Below are positions 12,287 through 24,193 of a DNA stretch of 64,000 bases, in pieces (within the stretch, counting starts at the first letter, position 1; each line of letters starts with the position of its first letter). The position numbers and the translations under genes are program-made. The DNA lies in the NCBI GenBank assembly GCA_030390025.1, contig CM059446.1:14136001-14200000 (forward strand), written 5' to 3'. Under the pieces are notes generated by a model. It had not been told where the DNA came from, searched no databases, and worked only from the letters and a program-made list of their open reading frames with translations. Source of the DNA: Squalus acanthias. Its lineage: Eukaryota.

Positions 12287-12388
12287 ATACAAAGGCAAAA
12301 TACTGCCTATGCAGGAAATCTGAAATATAAACAGAAAATGCTGGAAATATTCAGGTCAGCCCTGCTGAGTATTTCCAGCATTTTCTGT
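12287..12388. mobile_element. Short Penelope-like insertion with internal inverted repeat
   Basis: Arms AAACAGAAAATGCTGGAAATA and TATTTCCAGCATTTTCTGTTT; exact 14-bp TSD TTACTCAATCACAA at 12273-12286 and 12389-12402. Confidence 0.8.
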
Positions 12389-12423
12389 TTACTCAATCAC
12401 AATCTAGTTTTGATGGACAAAAA

Positions 12424-12459
12424 TGAGAAGTCGCACAACACCAGGTTATAGTCCAACAG
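12424..12459 (+). mobile_element. Tiny Penelope terminal fragment
   Basis: TGAGAAGTCGCACAACACCAGGTTATAGTCCAACAG is identical to the left arm of the 8681 palindrome. Confidence 0.75.
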
Positions 12460-12724
12460 GGAGGAAGATTCCTCTGGTCTCAGTGTAGTGACATTATAAC
12501 CTAGCGAGAAGACTTCTTGTGCTCATGCTTTCTAGCCAAATGGTATGCACCACCAAAACTAATATCTTCCCACTATGTTTATGATGTTATGCAGAACAGA
12601 GGAAATACTCCCCACTGGTGCTTAATGGCCAAACACATTACCTCAGAACTTAGACATGTTAACAGCAGAATTTGCTACCTTTTCAGTGGTAAATACACTG
12701 CATTGTGAGATACTGAACCATTCA

Positions 12725-13020
12725 GGTGAAGAGGCTCCAAGATTTGATTTTTCGTCTATGATTAGTTATGAGGCAGTAATGGAAGCATTACAATTAGCCT
12801 CAATGTCACCAAACTTGAATTGGGGCAAATATCTGCCAAGGTTCCACAACTTTTATCCAATGATCCCTAGTGGAAAGTGTACGTGCGTGTGTGAACACAG
12901 GCGAGGACCGATTCAGGTTCCGGTATAATGCCCCCATTTATGAACAGAATGCCAACATTTACTGTCTCTATTTACACATGAAACAATAGTTGCTTGAAAA
13001 ATAGGCTGCCTGCACCAATG
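12725..13020 (+). mobile_element. LF-SINE-like element, diverged
   Basis: Motifs TACAATTAGCCTCA..CCAAGGTTCC..ATCCAATGATCCC..GGAAAGTG..GGCGAGGAC. Confidence 0.6.
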
Positions 13021-14124
13021 AGACAGCACTTCATACACCATCACCTCCAGAAGTAACAAAGGGGCAAAAACGAAGAAAATTGGGTGGGAATGAAGGTGGA
13101 AGATAATGAATATGAGGTGGGAGCATTAAGAAATGGGTTTATAATATCATTGCACATAATGCCAAAGAGTATAGATGGCAAATAATTATCATTTTGGACA
13201 AGCTGCCCCAATATCCATAAGCAAACAAGCAAAAGGCAGTTCATTTTAAATCAGTACATGTCTTGTGCCTGAAAGTGTCGCACTTCAAAGTACCACACAT
13301 GCTAAGTCTGTCATTCTTGTACCTGATTGGTTCAAATATCATATTCATAAAACAGCAACAAATCTCAATTGAATGGAACAAGAATTAACCAATGAACAAA
13401 TAAAGGTTTTATTAAAAAAAAACAGGCAGTCATTTCATGCTGGTTAGTTCCAACATATACTATCTGGCCTTTCCCCAAGGGAAGGAGCAGGAGATTTACA
13501 ATCAGCTGCCAACCTACATACAAATTTCCCTTAGCAAGAGCAATTACCTCGAATTGACTTCAGGATGTGCCCATTTACAGCAATTCCCCCTCTTAATTAT
13601 GCAATAGTATTTTATGTTTTACATGGTACAAAATTCCTGTTTGTATAAAATAGCATATCCTCCCAATTTACTGTGAGCAATGCCAGAGGAGATTTGCTCA
13701 TTTTAAATAAATATAGAAATAATTAAATGTTCGATTAGTTTTCTTTTCAATAAAAAAAATGTCAGCATCACAAACAAAATAAGTACCAGCTATGAAAGAT
13801 ATAATATATTTCATCTTTATTGCCATGGCTCCAAGGTAAATCAATTTGAGTTAGGCATTTGGAACTAATTTGAAACCCAATATTTTTTCAGTCTTACAGT
13901 ACTGGCCAATGCATGTGTTCAGCAGCAATGTTAAACTGCCCAACCCATATTCTGTTTTTTTGGTCAATGTACAAGGTATACACCAAAAAATTCTAATATA
14001 AATAAGGACGTCATATAACAATTTATACATTTTGTGTTGAATATTTTACTTTATCCTCCTAGCAAGTTGATTGAAATATCAACATTTTCTCATGGTCAGC
14101 AAAGGCATGGTATCTTGACGTATA

Positions 14125-14573
14125 GTGTCAGCTGTGGTTCAGTGGGAAGCACCCTCGCCTCTGAGTCAGAAGGTTGTGGGTTCAATCCCACTCCAGGGAC
14201 TTGAGCACAAACATCTGGGCTGACACTCCAGTGCAGTACTGAGGGAGTGCTACACTGTTGGAGGTGCCGTCTTTCGGATGAGACGTTAAAACCCTCAGGT
14301 GGATGTAAAGATCCCACGGCACTATTCGAAGAAGCGCAGGGGAGTTCTCCCCGGTGTCCTGGCCAATATTTATCCCTCAATCAACATCACTAAAACAGAT
14401 CATCTGGTCATTTTCTCATTGCTGCTTGTGGGAGCTTGCTGTGTGTAAATTGGCTGCCGCGTTTCCTACATTACAACAGTGACTACACTTTAAAAGTACT
14501 TCCTTGACTGTAAAGTGCTTTGGGATGTCCAGTGGTCATGAAAGGTGCTATATAAATGCAAGTCTTTCTTTCT
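14125..14573 (+). mobile_element. SacSINE1-like SINE, full length
   Basis: Head GTGTCAGCTGTGGTTCAGTGG, B box GGTTCAATCCC, L2-like tail. Confidence 0.88.
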
Positions 14574-15100
14574 AACAACAACTTGCATTTATGTAGCACC
14601 TCTAATGTAGGAAAACATCCCAAAGCACTGCATAGAAGCGTAATCAGAAAAAAATCAACACTGAGCCAAATAACGTGATATTAGAGAGGAGACTTAAAGC
14701 TTGTTCAAAGAGGTGGGTTTCAAGAAAGGTTTTAAAGGAGGAGAGGGAAGTGGAAAGTTGGCAGAGTTTAAGGAGGGAATTCCAGGGTGTAGGACATGGA
14801 CAACTGAAGTCATAGCTGCCAATGGTGGGGAGAATGGATTGGGGAACGCACAAAAGGCTAGAGTTGGAGGAATGCAGAGTTGGAGGAGGGTGGTTGGGCT
14901 GGAGAAGATTACCGAGATAGACAAAGCCTAGGCCATGAAGGGATTTAAACACGAGGATGAGAATTTTTATTTTGAGGCATCAGGAGACCAGGAGCCAATG
15001 TAGGTAGTGAGCACAGGAGTAAAATGGTGTGTGGGACTTGCTGAGGGATAGGGATACGGGCAGCAGAGTTTTAGATGAGCTTAAGTTTATGGAGGGTGGA
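14574..15100 (-). mobile_element. L2 LINE 3' fragment
   Basis: ORF 14644..14952 (FKSLHGL..YL..LL..PWNSL..SLSSFKTFLETHLF) matches the L2 ORF2 C-terminus. Confidence 0.85.
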
Positions 15101-15243
15101 GTAAAACTGGAAAATAACCCAAACTGAATGAAAATAATGTAGAGATTAATCCCACAATGACACTACATAGCCAGGTTTAGACCAGATACCAAACCTTTGC
15201 TGACCATGAGGAAATGTTGATATTTCAATCAACTTGCTAGGAG

Positions 15244-15355
15244 AAAAGAAAGACTTGCATTTATATAGCGCCTTTCACGACCACCGGACGTCTCAAAGCG
15301 CTTTACAGCCAATGAAGTACTTTTTGGAGTGTAGTCACTGTTGTATTGTGGGAAA
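15244..15355 (-). mobile_element. SacSINE1-like SINE 3' fragment
   Basis: AAAGACTTGCATTTATATAGCGCCTTTCACGACC; interrupts the right arm of an inverted repeat. Confidence 0.8.
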
Positions 15356-16004
15356 GGATAAAATAAAACATTCAACACAAAATTTATCCATGTCCCCAAC
15401 AGCAAATACTGAGATTATTTGCAGGTAAGTAATTTTGTGTACAAAGATCAAAAGGAAAGAGGCAGTAACTAATAGCAGCTACAAGTAAATATAAATACAT
15501 ATGCAATATCTAATTTGCATTCTTTATCATTTTCCATCATTTAAGCCATTGACAATGGCCCGGATTCTACAGTAAAAATAACAGTGAGGTTATCAGTGCT
15601 CACTGTTATTAGGGAGTAAATCAGACAGCAACTTCCACTGCCCGCACATGCACAGCTAAGTGCGGAAATCAGGAAGATGCTGTCCAATTTGCCCCACTCC
15701 TCCACAAGCTTCACCACACCAGTACCTCGCCAAGAGATTCAGCATTGAAACTCATGAAGGGCCTGGATTTTAGCCTGGAGGAGAGTTCTGTGCAGGGGTG
15801 GGGTGGGTGTTGTGAGGTCGGGAAACCCGGAAGAACGGGTTTCCCAAATGTCCTGCAGAATTTAACTGCAGTGCCCCCTTAACTGGGGTTCCCACCCACA
15901 AGCAGCCTGATTTGCAGGCCGGAGGACTTTGGGGCAGGAAGCCTGCTTCACAAGCCTTCGAGAGCAGTTAGGTGTATTGGGTGAGTGAGAGAGATTGTGG
16001 GGGA

Positions 16005-16526
16005 GGGGGTTGTCCGGGTTGTGGGGGGTCCGATGGTGGTCTGATGGTTCCGATTGTGTGTGGGGTGGTCCCCAATGGTGGTCTGGCAGGGGTCCCGATT
16101 GTGGGGGTTGGTCTGATGGTGGTCTGGGAGGTCTCGATTGTGGGGGTGGACCGATCGTGGTCTGGGGGGGGGGGGGGGAGAAGGGGTCCCGATTGTGGGG
16201 GTGGTCTGATGGTGGTCTGGGGTGGGGGGGGTCTCGATTGTGGGGGTGGTCTGATGGTGGTCTGGGGTGGGGGGGGGTAGGGGTCCCGATTGTGGGGTGG
16301 GGTTCCCAGATGGTGGTCTGGCAGGGGTCCCGATTGTGGGGGGCCGGTCTGATGGTGGTTGGGGGGGTCCCGATTGTGGTCTGGGGGGGGTAGGGGTCCC
16401 GATTGTAGGGTGGGGGGGTGGGTTCCCCGATGGTGGTCTGGCAGGGGTCCCGATTGTGGGGGGCCGGTCTGATGGTGGTCTTGCGGGGGGGGGGGGGGTC
16501 GGTCCGATGGTGGTTTGGGGGGGGGA
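16005..16526. repeat. G-rich degenerate minisatellite (unit about GGTCCCGATTGTGGGGGTGGTCTGATGGTGGTCTGG, 35-45 bp) inside a Harbinger-like element starting near 15759
   Basis: About a dozen CGATTGT cores separated by GATGGTGGTCTG and G-runs; the upstream GGGCCTGGATTTT is TIR-like. Confidence 0.9.
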
Positions 16527-16922
16527 GCAGACAAATTAGCTTACGGGCCATTATGTTTACTTTTAGAATACTGGGAAGGATATTAGATCAATTGGAATTG
16601 AACTTTGAAAAGTTAAAGTCACACAGAGAATAAATACTGGAGGAAACAGTTACACATAAAGCTGGTTCACATGTTGGGAATTTCACTCCAAGATTTCCAT
16701 GTAATTTCCTGTATTTCCTACCACAAGGATTCAGTGATGGATAAACTGGAGCTCCATAAATACCATTAAAGTTTTATGGCTTGAACATAGACCCTGTTGA
16801 AATATGTCATTAATAAAAGGCATTTCATGTCACTAATTCTAAGAGGCAGCATCCACAAAAGAGAAAAACAGATGGTAAGGAGTTGCATTCCAACAGTTGG
16901 CTGGTTGTTTGGTACAGAAAAC

Positions 16923-17686
16923 GGCCTGTATTTTCCAATCGCAGGCCTTCCGCGGGCGGAGACCTACAATCTGGAAAAATCTACGCCCTTACCTGAGGGC
17001 TCCTGGGACGCATGGGACGCACACGCTTCCGATCCTGGGCCTCACCAAACTCCAAGTGCACAGGGCCCACGCATCCCAGAGGCGCAGCCTCCCTGGGATC
17101 ATGTGGGCCATGGGGAGCCAATCACAGAAGGGAATCTCCCTTCATATACTTGACAGGAAGACCTGTCAAATATATGAATGGAGATCACCCCAAAAACACA
17201 GTAAAACATTAAATAATAATTAAAAAAAAAAAAAAATCACATTTTTAAAATGACTTGAAATTACAATAAATTAAGTATTTTAAACAAAAATTTAATTTTT
17301 TGAAAAAAATAATTAAATTTTTTTTTTTACAGGGCTAAAAATAAACTTACCTTTTTAAAAGTCTTTTTAAATGATAAATCAGTGAAAAAAAAATTTAAAA
17401 CTTTTTTCAACTCTTATCCTGGTAAAAGCAGGCCTTACGCTTGCTTTTACCAGGCGTAAGAATTATAAGGGTTTTCTGCGGGCGGAGGGGCTCCAAAAAG
17501 CAGAACTATCTGCCCACAGAGGCCCTTCTCCAGGGCAGCCGAAGGATCTGTCAAGACCATTCTTGACAGATCGGAAATGCCGGTTTTCAGCGCATGCGCT
17601 GTGCATGCCTGAAACCGGCATTTCCGATGTCCCTACGGGTGGGTACACAGCGCGTACCCACCCATAGGGATCGGAATATCTGGGCC
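16923..17686 (+). mobile_element. Harbinger-like MITE family B
   Basis: TIRs GGCCTGTATTTTCC and GGAATATCTGGGCC; AT-rich centre; hairpin CTGGTAAAAGCAGGC..GCTTGCTTTTACCAG; colinear with 49389-50374. Confidence 0.82.
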
Positions 17687-19134
17687 ATTGTGTCTATGTT
17701 TGCTTACAACATTTATATTAGAATAAGACACATCAAGACAACACAAATATCATCAAAATATTATTTCACTGTTGCTCTAAGACGGTTAATTTTCAGACAG
17801 GTCCTGTAAGGAAACCGAGTATAGGATACAAGAGTGATAATGTGTATTTTAAAATCAACATGTATTCTGAGATTTTCCTCCCCACAGTCACCTGAGAATG
17901 CTACTCGTTTAAATGTTTACAAGAGTTCCTCCCTTCTTCAATTCACGTGACTTTTCCCATGAGGATTAATCATGCAACCATGAAGACCCAAGAAGCAGTG
18001 ACATTATCGCAAAGCAGGCCCTCAAGGTATCAGCTATATAAGCCAGCACAACTTCCTGTTTCCAGGCTAAGAATTGTTAAAAGCAGTAATTCGACAAATG
18101 AATAAAAGTCTGGTGACAGACAGTTTCTTTTTTTAATTTTTCTCTCAAATTTTCTCCCCTCCTGTCCTGAAGGCGCTGACCCAAGCTGAAGTAAATTTCC
18201 ACGGAACATGTACTTTCTGGAAAGGATCGATGAATAGTATTTCATCCAAATAATCATTCTTCATTTGGAAGACCACTTGGGTGTGTGTTATTCAATGATA
18301 GGATGCATCACGGGCACGCCCACATCTGTCTGTACCCGAGATCCGCCCCCCCCCCCCACATAACACTTTCAACATGGACAATATCTTTGAAACTGAGCTT
18401 AACTATTAAAAGCTGCAATTAAAAAAAAAATATGGGGCATACTAAACAACCATATCATGTGGCATTACCGGACCAAAAGAATGATCTTTCATTGTCCTCT
18501 GCCAATACTGTTCTTGAACCAGTTAGTAGGAGGCCAATTACCCATAATTTTTCCTTTCTCATTTAAGTGCTTCACCTCTAGTTCACAGCTTGAGCTGTAG
18601 GGAATCAACCTGGATGTGAGTCTACATAACACCATTTCATATTATAGTGCATTGACGTGCTTTACCATCAGACTTTAAAACTGTTTAAAACTGATTTAAA
18701 TGTGCATGCGTAGATGTATGGATAGATTTAGACTAGAGATGCCCTGATTACTTGTCAAAGTTCAATGGCCAGGCTCTCTCACAAATAATTGCCACATCGT
18801 CAAATTACTCCAAGGTTTGGGGGTGATCATGACAAAGGAGCAGAGGAGAGAGAGGTAGCTGTGGATTCAGCAATGGATCTCAGTCTTGAAGTAAAAAAAA
18901 ATCTATGAGCTCCTCACACTTGGAGCTAGAAATGAGGATGAAGAAGTGGGAGAAGAGCGTTTGAGGAGGCAATTTCTCTTGAAGAAAAGGACCTGTGGAT
19001 TATTTTTACACTGGATAATCCTGGAGTGGTGGGAGCGTTTGGCTGTGAAGAGCAAGGCCATATAATGCTCAACATGGTCGAGTCAGATCTCGTGATGGAT
19101 TACAAGACCAGATGTTTACCAGGTTTTCTTTAAA

Positions 19135-20830
19135 TTGTTTCTTGGGATGTGGGCATCGCTAGCAAGGCCACATTTATTGCCCATACCTTGTTGATCCAAG
19201 GAGGTGGTGGTGGACCTTCTCCTCAGTCACTGCAGTCCTCGTGGTGGTGACGCTCCTACAATATATTAGCTAGGAATTCCAGAATATTGATCCAGTGACA
19301 AAGAAAAAACAAAAAAATATGTCCAAGTCAAGATGATGTGTGGCTTGCAGGGGAACTTGCAGGTGGTGGTGTTCCCACGACATTACTGCTCTTGACCTTG
19401 ATAGAGATTGGTGGAGGAGCTGTCAAAGTGAGTTGCAGCAGTGCATTCTGTAATTTGCACATACTGCAGCAACAGTGCACCGGTGGTGAATACTAAGTCC
19501 AGTGGCAGGGCCAACAATAAAACAAACTGCTCTGTCCTGGATAGTGTCAAGCTTCTTGACTGTCTTACTGCACCCATCCAGGCAGGCATTCCATCGCACT
19601 CCTGACTTGAGCGTTGTGGATGATGAATAGGCTTTCAGGGGTCAGGAGGTGAGCCACTCGTTACGAAGTAGCCTGCCTCTGTTTTGTACTCTGAGCCATG
19701 GTTGGTCCAGTTAAACTTCTGATCAATCATGACCCCCACAATATTGATAGTGGGGAAGGCAATGGTGGTGCCATTGATGATCAAGAGGAGATGGTTGGGC
19801 TTTCTCTTGTTGCCAGATGATCCTTACCTAACACTAAGGAATGCAAATGTTATCTGCCACTTGTCAGCACAAGATGAGATGTTATCCAGGTCCTGTTTTA
19901 GGCTGCTTCATTACTGGAGGTGACGTGATTGGAATTGAACAATGTGGAATAGTCAGCGAACAGCCCCACTCCTGACCTTATGATAGAAGGAAGGTCATTG
20001 ATAAGGCAGCTAAAGATGATTGGGCTGAGGACATTTCCCTGAGGAACTCCTGAAGTGATGTTCGGGGGGCGCTAAGATGTCAAGCCTCCAAAAACCACAA
20101 ACATCAACCTTTTCGTTAGCCACTGGAGGGTTTTCCTTTTGACCCCATTGATGTAAGTTTTGCAATGGCTCTTTGGTGCCCAACTCAGTTGAATACTATC
20201 TTGATGTTGTGGGCAGCTTTTGTGTCGATGGTTGGATAATGGCTGTGATGAGGTCTGGAGCCTAGTGGTGCTGGCAGAAACCAAACTCAGCATTGGTGAG
20301 CAGGTTATTAATGGATAGCTGATGTCTGACGGCACTATTGATGGCTCTTTCCATGATTAGGAGTAGACTGACAGGGTGGTAATTGGCCTGGTTAGATTTA
20401 CCCTATGTTTTGTGAATAGGACATTTCTAGACAATCTTCCACATTGTTGAGTAGATGCCAGTGTCATAGCAGCAATGAAATAGTTTGGGTAGGAGAGCAA
20501 CTAGCTCTGGTGCACGTCTTCAGCACTACAGCCGGAATATTGTCAAGGCCCTCAGCCTTTCCTGTGACCAGTGCAATCAGCTGCTTCTTAATATGGAGTG
20601 AACCAAACTAATTGGGCATTGGTATCTATGACGGTGCGGATCTCAGGAAGAGGCCATGTAGTAGAATCCTCAAGGCACTTCTGACTTACGACACTTACAA
20701 ACAATTTAGTCTGGTCCCTTGTACTCATGAGCGAGGTTCCACAATGGTTGAGGTGAGGGTGTTAATAGTCTTTTCCTCTTGTTAGTTGCCCGATTGTTCA
20801 TCACCATTCTCAACTGGATGTGGTAGGGCT
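19135..20830 (-). mobile_element. Decayed non-LTR retrotransposon (CR1/L2-group) RT region and 3' tail
   Basis: Minus-strand translation near 20060-19940 is ITSGVPQGNVLSPIIFSCLINDLPSIIRSGVGLFADYSTLF (RT PQG and FADD-like motifs). The 3' tail GCCTTGCTAGCGATGCCCACATCCC is shared with the element at 43440. Confidence 0.85.
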
Positions 20831-20844
20831 AAATAGCTTTGCTC

Positions 20845-21060
20845 TAATTGGGAAGGAAGATGTGGATGGCAAGGGAAATGAAGTAGTAGTTAGAAGTAGC
20901 CTCATCAATGGTCAAGATCTCAGAGGTGGCAAGATCAAGTAAGTGACTATGGGTGTGAGTAGAAGCATGAGATGGAGTGAGGACAGGAAGGAAGAAAAGG
21001 GGGGAGAGGAACAAGGGGAATTTAGGTTGACTTTTAAAGTTACTGAGGATGAGGAATTGC
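20845..21060 (-). mobile_element. L2-like endonuclease fragment
   Basis: ORF 20844..21062 (ILSNF..STHTHSHLLDLA..SNYYFISL) resembles the APE-domain GDFN/PTH..GH.LDL/SDH motifs. Confidence 0.5.
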
Positions 21061-22039
21061 AAAGAAGGGAGGAGGTATCCATGAGGAAATCATCTTGGCC
21101 ATCATGTCAGCACATGTTTTTGCAAGGAATAGCCAGAGAAAAGAGTTACTTGAGATTATGATTAGCATCTCACAATAAGTCTGCATGTTCCTCTTTCATT
21201 ACCTTTCCCATCTTCCCAAGTATAGAAGTTTTCCTTTAAATGCTTAGTTTCCAAGCCCATAATTTGAGCCAGTGTTGTTACAAATGGCTACAAACTTAAG
21301 TGTACATACCAAGATACAGGTCTGTGAAAAACAAGGATATTAAGTTGGACACTGCTGGTCAACTAAAAACCATTTACATGTACCTCAAGCTTTGTACAAT
21401 TAAAAGAGATCATTCTCTTTGGAGGTTTAAAGCTTTCACCTGTAGTGTGTTGCAGCATAATTCCAGGTTTTATGCAACCCATACACTGGACAGTTTAATC
21501 CTTTTAACTGGGGCCCCTGGTGTAAATGAAATAATACCATTTATCAGATCATTCCCATCAAACAAAATCCATCAGGACTGATTTATGTATATTGGGAATC
21601 AATTAGAGCAAACAAAAATGTCCCCATTAACTGGTATCAAGTGGACTCATACACTGGGCCTCACTCTGGTGCTGCAGAACAGAGTCTGTGTTCAGTTACA
21701 TTACTTATATGTAACTGATCTTGTGCTTTTCATGTTGTTTCCATGACTCAGCAGTGGCTATAAATATGGTAGAAAATTATTCACCAATAAGAAAACTTCC
21801 TTCCTCTTACTAAATAGTTGAGAAAATAATTTACAACATTTTATGATGGTACTGATGAGAAGCAACAGTATTAAAAGGAGTACTGCCGTCTGGATCATCC
21901 AGCTTGTGGGCCAGAAAATTTTGCATGCAAACACTTCCCAACACAGTATCAGCAGGCTATTTACCATGATAAAAAAAAACAGTACTTTTATCACTCTATC
22001 CACTTCAGGTGCTGGTTTTAAGGTCTTGTGAACCTAAAA

Positions 22040-22500
22040 AACCCAAAATCCATCTACTCTTCCATATCACCCCATTCAAATATAATAACGGCTTTACCAA
22101 AATGTACCACCTCACATTTCCGAACACTGAAATCCATTTGCCACTTATTTGCAGTTTCCTTCGGTCCTAACTATACTTCCTATTTTTGTATTCTCTGCAA
22201 ATTTGGACACTACGCCCTATAGCCTTATATCCAAATCATTGACACACACAATGAACATGGTCCCAGAACAGAAGCCTATGGGACACAGTTGACCACTTCC
22301 AACCACTCTGCGAAACTGCTCTTAACTCCTACTCTCCGTTTCCTCCCTTATCGGTTTTTAAATCCAATTTATCACCCTCCCCTTAATCTTCTCCAATTCT
22401 CTCGTGTGGTACCTTGTCAAGCCTTTCTGAAAGTCCTGATGTCCACCACATCCACTGCATTTGCCCCATCCACCATATCTGTCACCTCCTTAAAAAATTA
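22040..22500 (-). mobile_element. Old CR1 RT fragment
   Basis: Typical antisense CR1 strings (CCAAAATGTACCACCTCACATTT, TCTGCAAATTT, GGTCCCAGAACAGA, GGTACCTTGTCAA). Confidence 0.65.
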
Positions 22501-22699
22501 TCAGAATAAATAATCCAGCTTCATGCATGCTAGGGCTAAGGCCACATATTTGATTATATTTGCTGAGTCCTATTTCCCCTCTCTGTTTTTTTATTAAGTT
22601 TTTATTCCCATTCCATTAATGTTCTCCTTTCTTCCTCTCCTTGCTGGTTTTCTTCCCCCCCCCCCCCCCTCCTCCCTCACTTCCCCCCTCCCCCCCATG

Positions 22700-23025
22700 G
22701 GTGCTAGGCATCCTTCAGGACTCGCCTCAGTGGCCACTGCTCGTGTGTGAGCCAAGACAGTAACAGCAGGCTATTTACCCGCAGGCGGCATCACAGTGGA
22801 GTCCACCCATGTCCTCGCAGGGATTGGCACAGGTTTCAAATATAGTGATCAAAATGAGGAATCCTGGCCGACTTCCCTCGTCATAACAACAGGAATGCTG
22901 AGACCAATTATAGTATTCTACCACTGCCCCAGTTAAGATTAGCAAACTCAGCAGAGACTCAAACAGACTGGGCTTCTAAGTTTGTATGACTCAGCAGCTT
23001 ACAACCTTAACTAGCTGAGATTTTT
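22700..23025 (-). mobile_element. LF-SINE-like element
   Basis: Antisense motifs AGTGGCCA..GTGTGAGCCAAGACAGT..CAGGCTATTT..GCTGAGACCAATT..AGCAAACTCAGCA. Confidence 0.7.
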
Positions 23026-24053
23026 GGGGTGTTCATTTTTGTTAATTGAGAAGATCCAAGCCTCTTAATGCAGGGCACTACCCAGGTAAAGTATATGCTT
23101 AAAAACATTCCAACAGGATACTTTAAAAGACTTTAATCCTATTGGGGACAAAAGGGCGTGACCTGGGGGGGGGGGGGGGAGGGGGGGAGAATTGGGCCGA
23201 AATATGATGGCAGTTTGGTAATGAGACTGTGCAAAATAAAACTGAGCGCTTAAAATGGAAAATAGATACAATGTCAGCAAAAAATATAAAGTTACTTTCG
23301 GGTTTGCAGCTTTCCCCAGTTTAAGTTTTTCAGATCCTGCCTATGCAAATGTCTAGCCTCAGGACAAAATCATAGCACAGGAACAAAATTCAAATCCAAG
23401 ATAAAGTAATTTATTATATTGAGGCAAAACTTCACGTGTACTGCCATTTGTGATGTCAATGTAGTTTATTGCTAGTGCAAAATGCAAACAATATCTAGAC
23501 AGAAAGGGCCTGCAATGTTGTTTTGATTAAATAGCCTAATGCCATGACCTCCACATGTCAGTACTTTCAACGTAAGATTGAACTTTTAGAACTTAAAGTT
23601 TTCCTTTTGTACATGGTATTGTTTAAACAAATGCAAAAGCCATACTGTAATCTTGGCAAAAAGTTTGCGCTACTTTTCTTTATCTTTTTCCACAAGAACA
23701 CAGTATAAAGTTTATTATTAACAGTAATATTTTAGATGTGCTTCTTCTGATCTATGTCTGTGTGACATGCTATAAATATTATATCACATACTGTAAAGGT
23801 TGTCAGTTGTATATGTCTTTTTGACGGCCCTAAATGAACCATGCATACTTGCCGCTGAATAACTTCCTTAAGTTACTCCTATCATTTAAATGATTAATAG
23901 CTGGTATATTATGGACAAATGTGGCTGAAAGTTAAGAGACATCAAATAAATAAGGAACAGCATTGATTTTTTATGCATTTCTCCACCAGATAAATGAAAG
24001 ACATTTATCTGAAGGTAACTGCACTATATCTCTTAGCAACAAGTACAACTAAC

Positions 24054-24193
24054 CTGTATCTTTGGTAGTCACTTTCATCGTTGTCCAAGCTAACAAGTTC
24101 ATTGGGACAGGCTTCATTTCCTAGGAGGCTGAGGTACTTAAGCCAAGGCACCACTTCAGCTAAATGATCCAAAAGGCTGTCTAATTCGGTTAT
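24054..24193 (-). CDS. LRMDA: LRMDA internal coding exon (equivalent to human exon 4), 140 bp
   Basis: Translates to [46 protein letters not shown](R), versus recalled human [47 protein letters not shown]. Preceded by an AC acceptor and followed by a GTTAGT donor; frame is continuous with both neighbouring exons. Confidence 0.95.

Larger units (their letters stand above)
7878..24053 (-). other. LRMDA: Major-class GT-AG intron of LRMDA (~16.2 kb)
   Basis: GTTAGT donor at 24053 and pyrimidine-rich CAG acceptor at 7878; split Arg codon AG|G. Confidence 0.88.

Noticed and set aside
15862-16551. Long Pro-rich and Gly-rich ORFs (up to 229 aa) in several frames
   Set aside because: By-product of the G-rich minisatellite, which is open in most frames on both strands.
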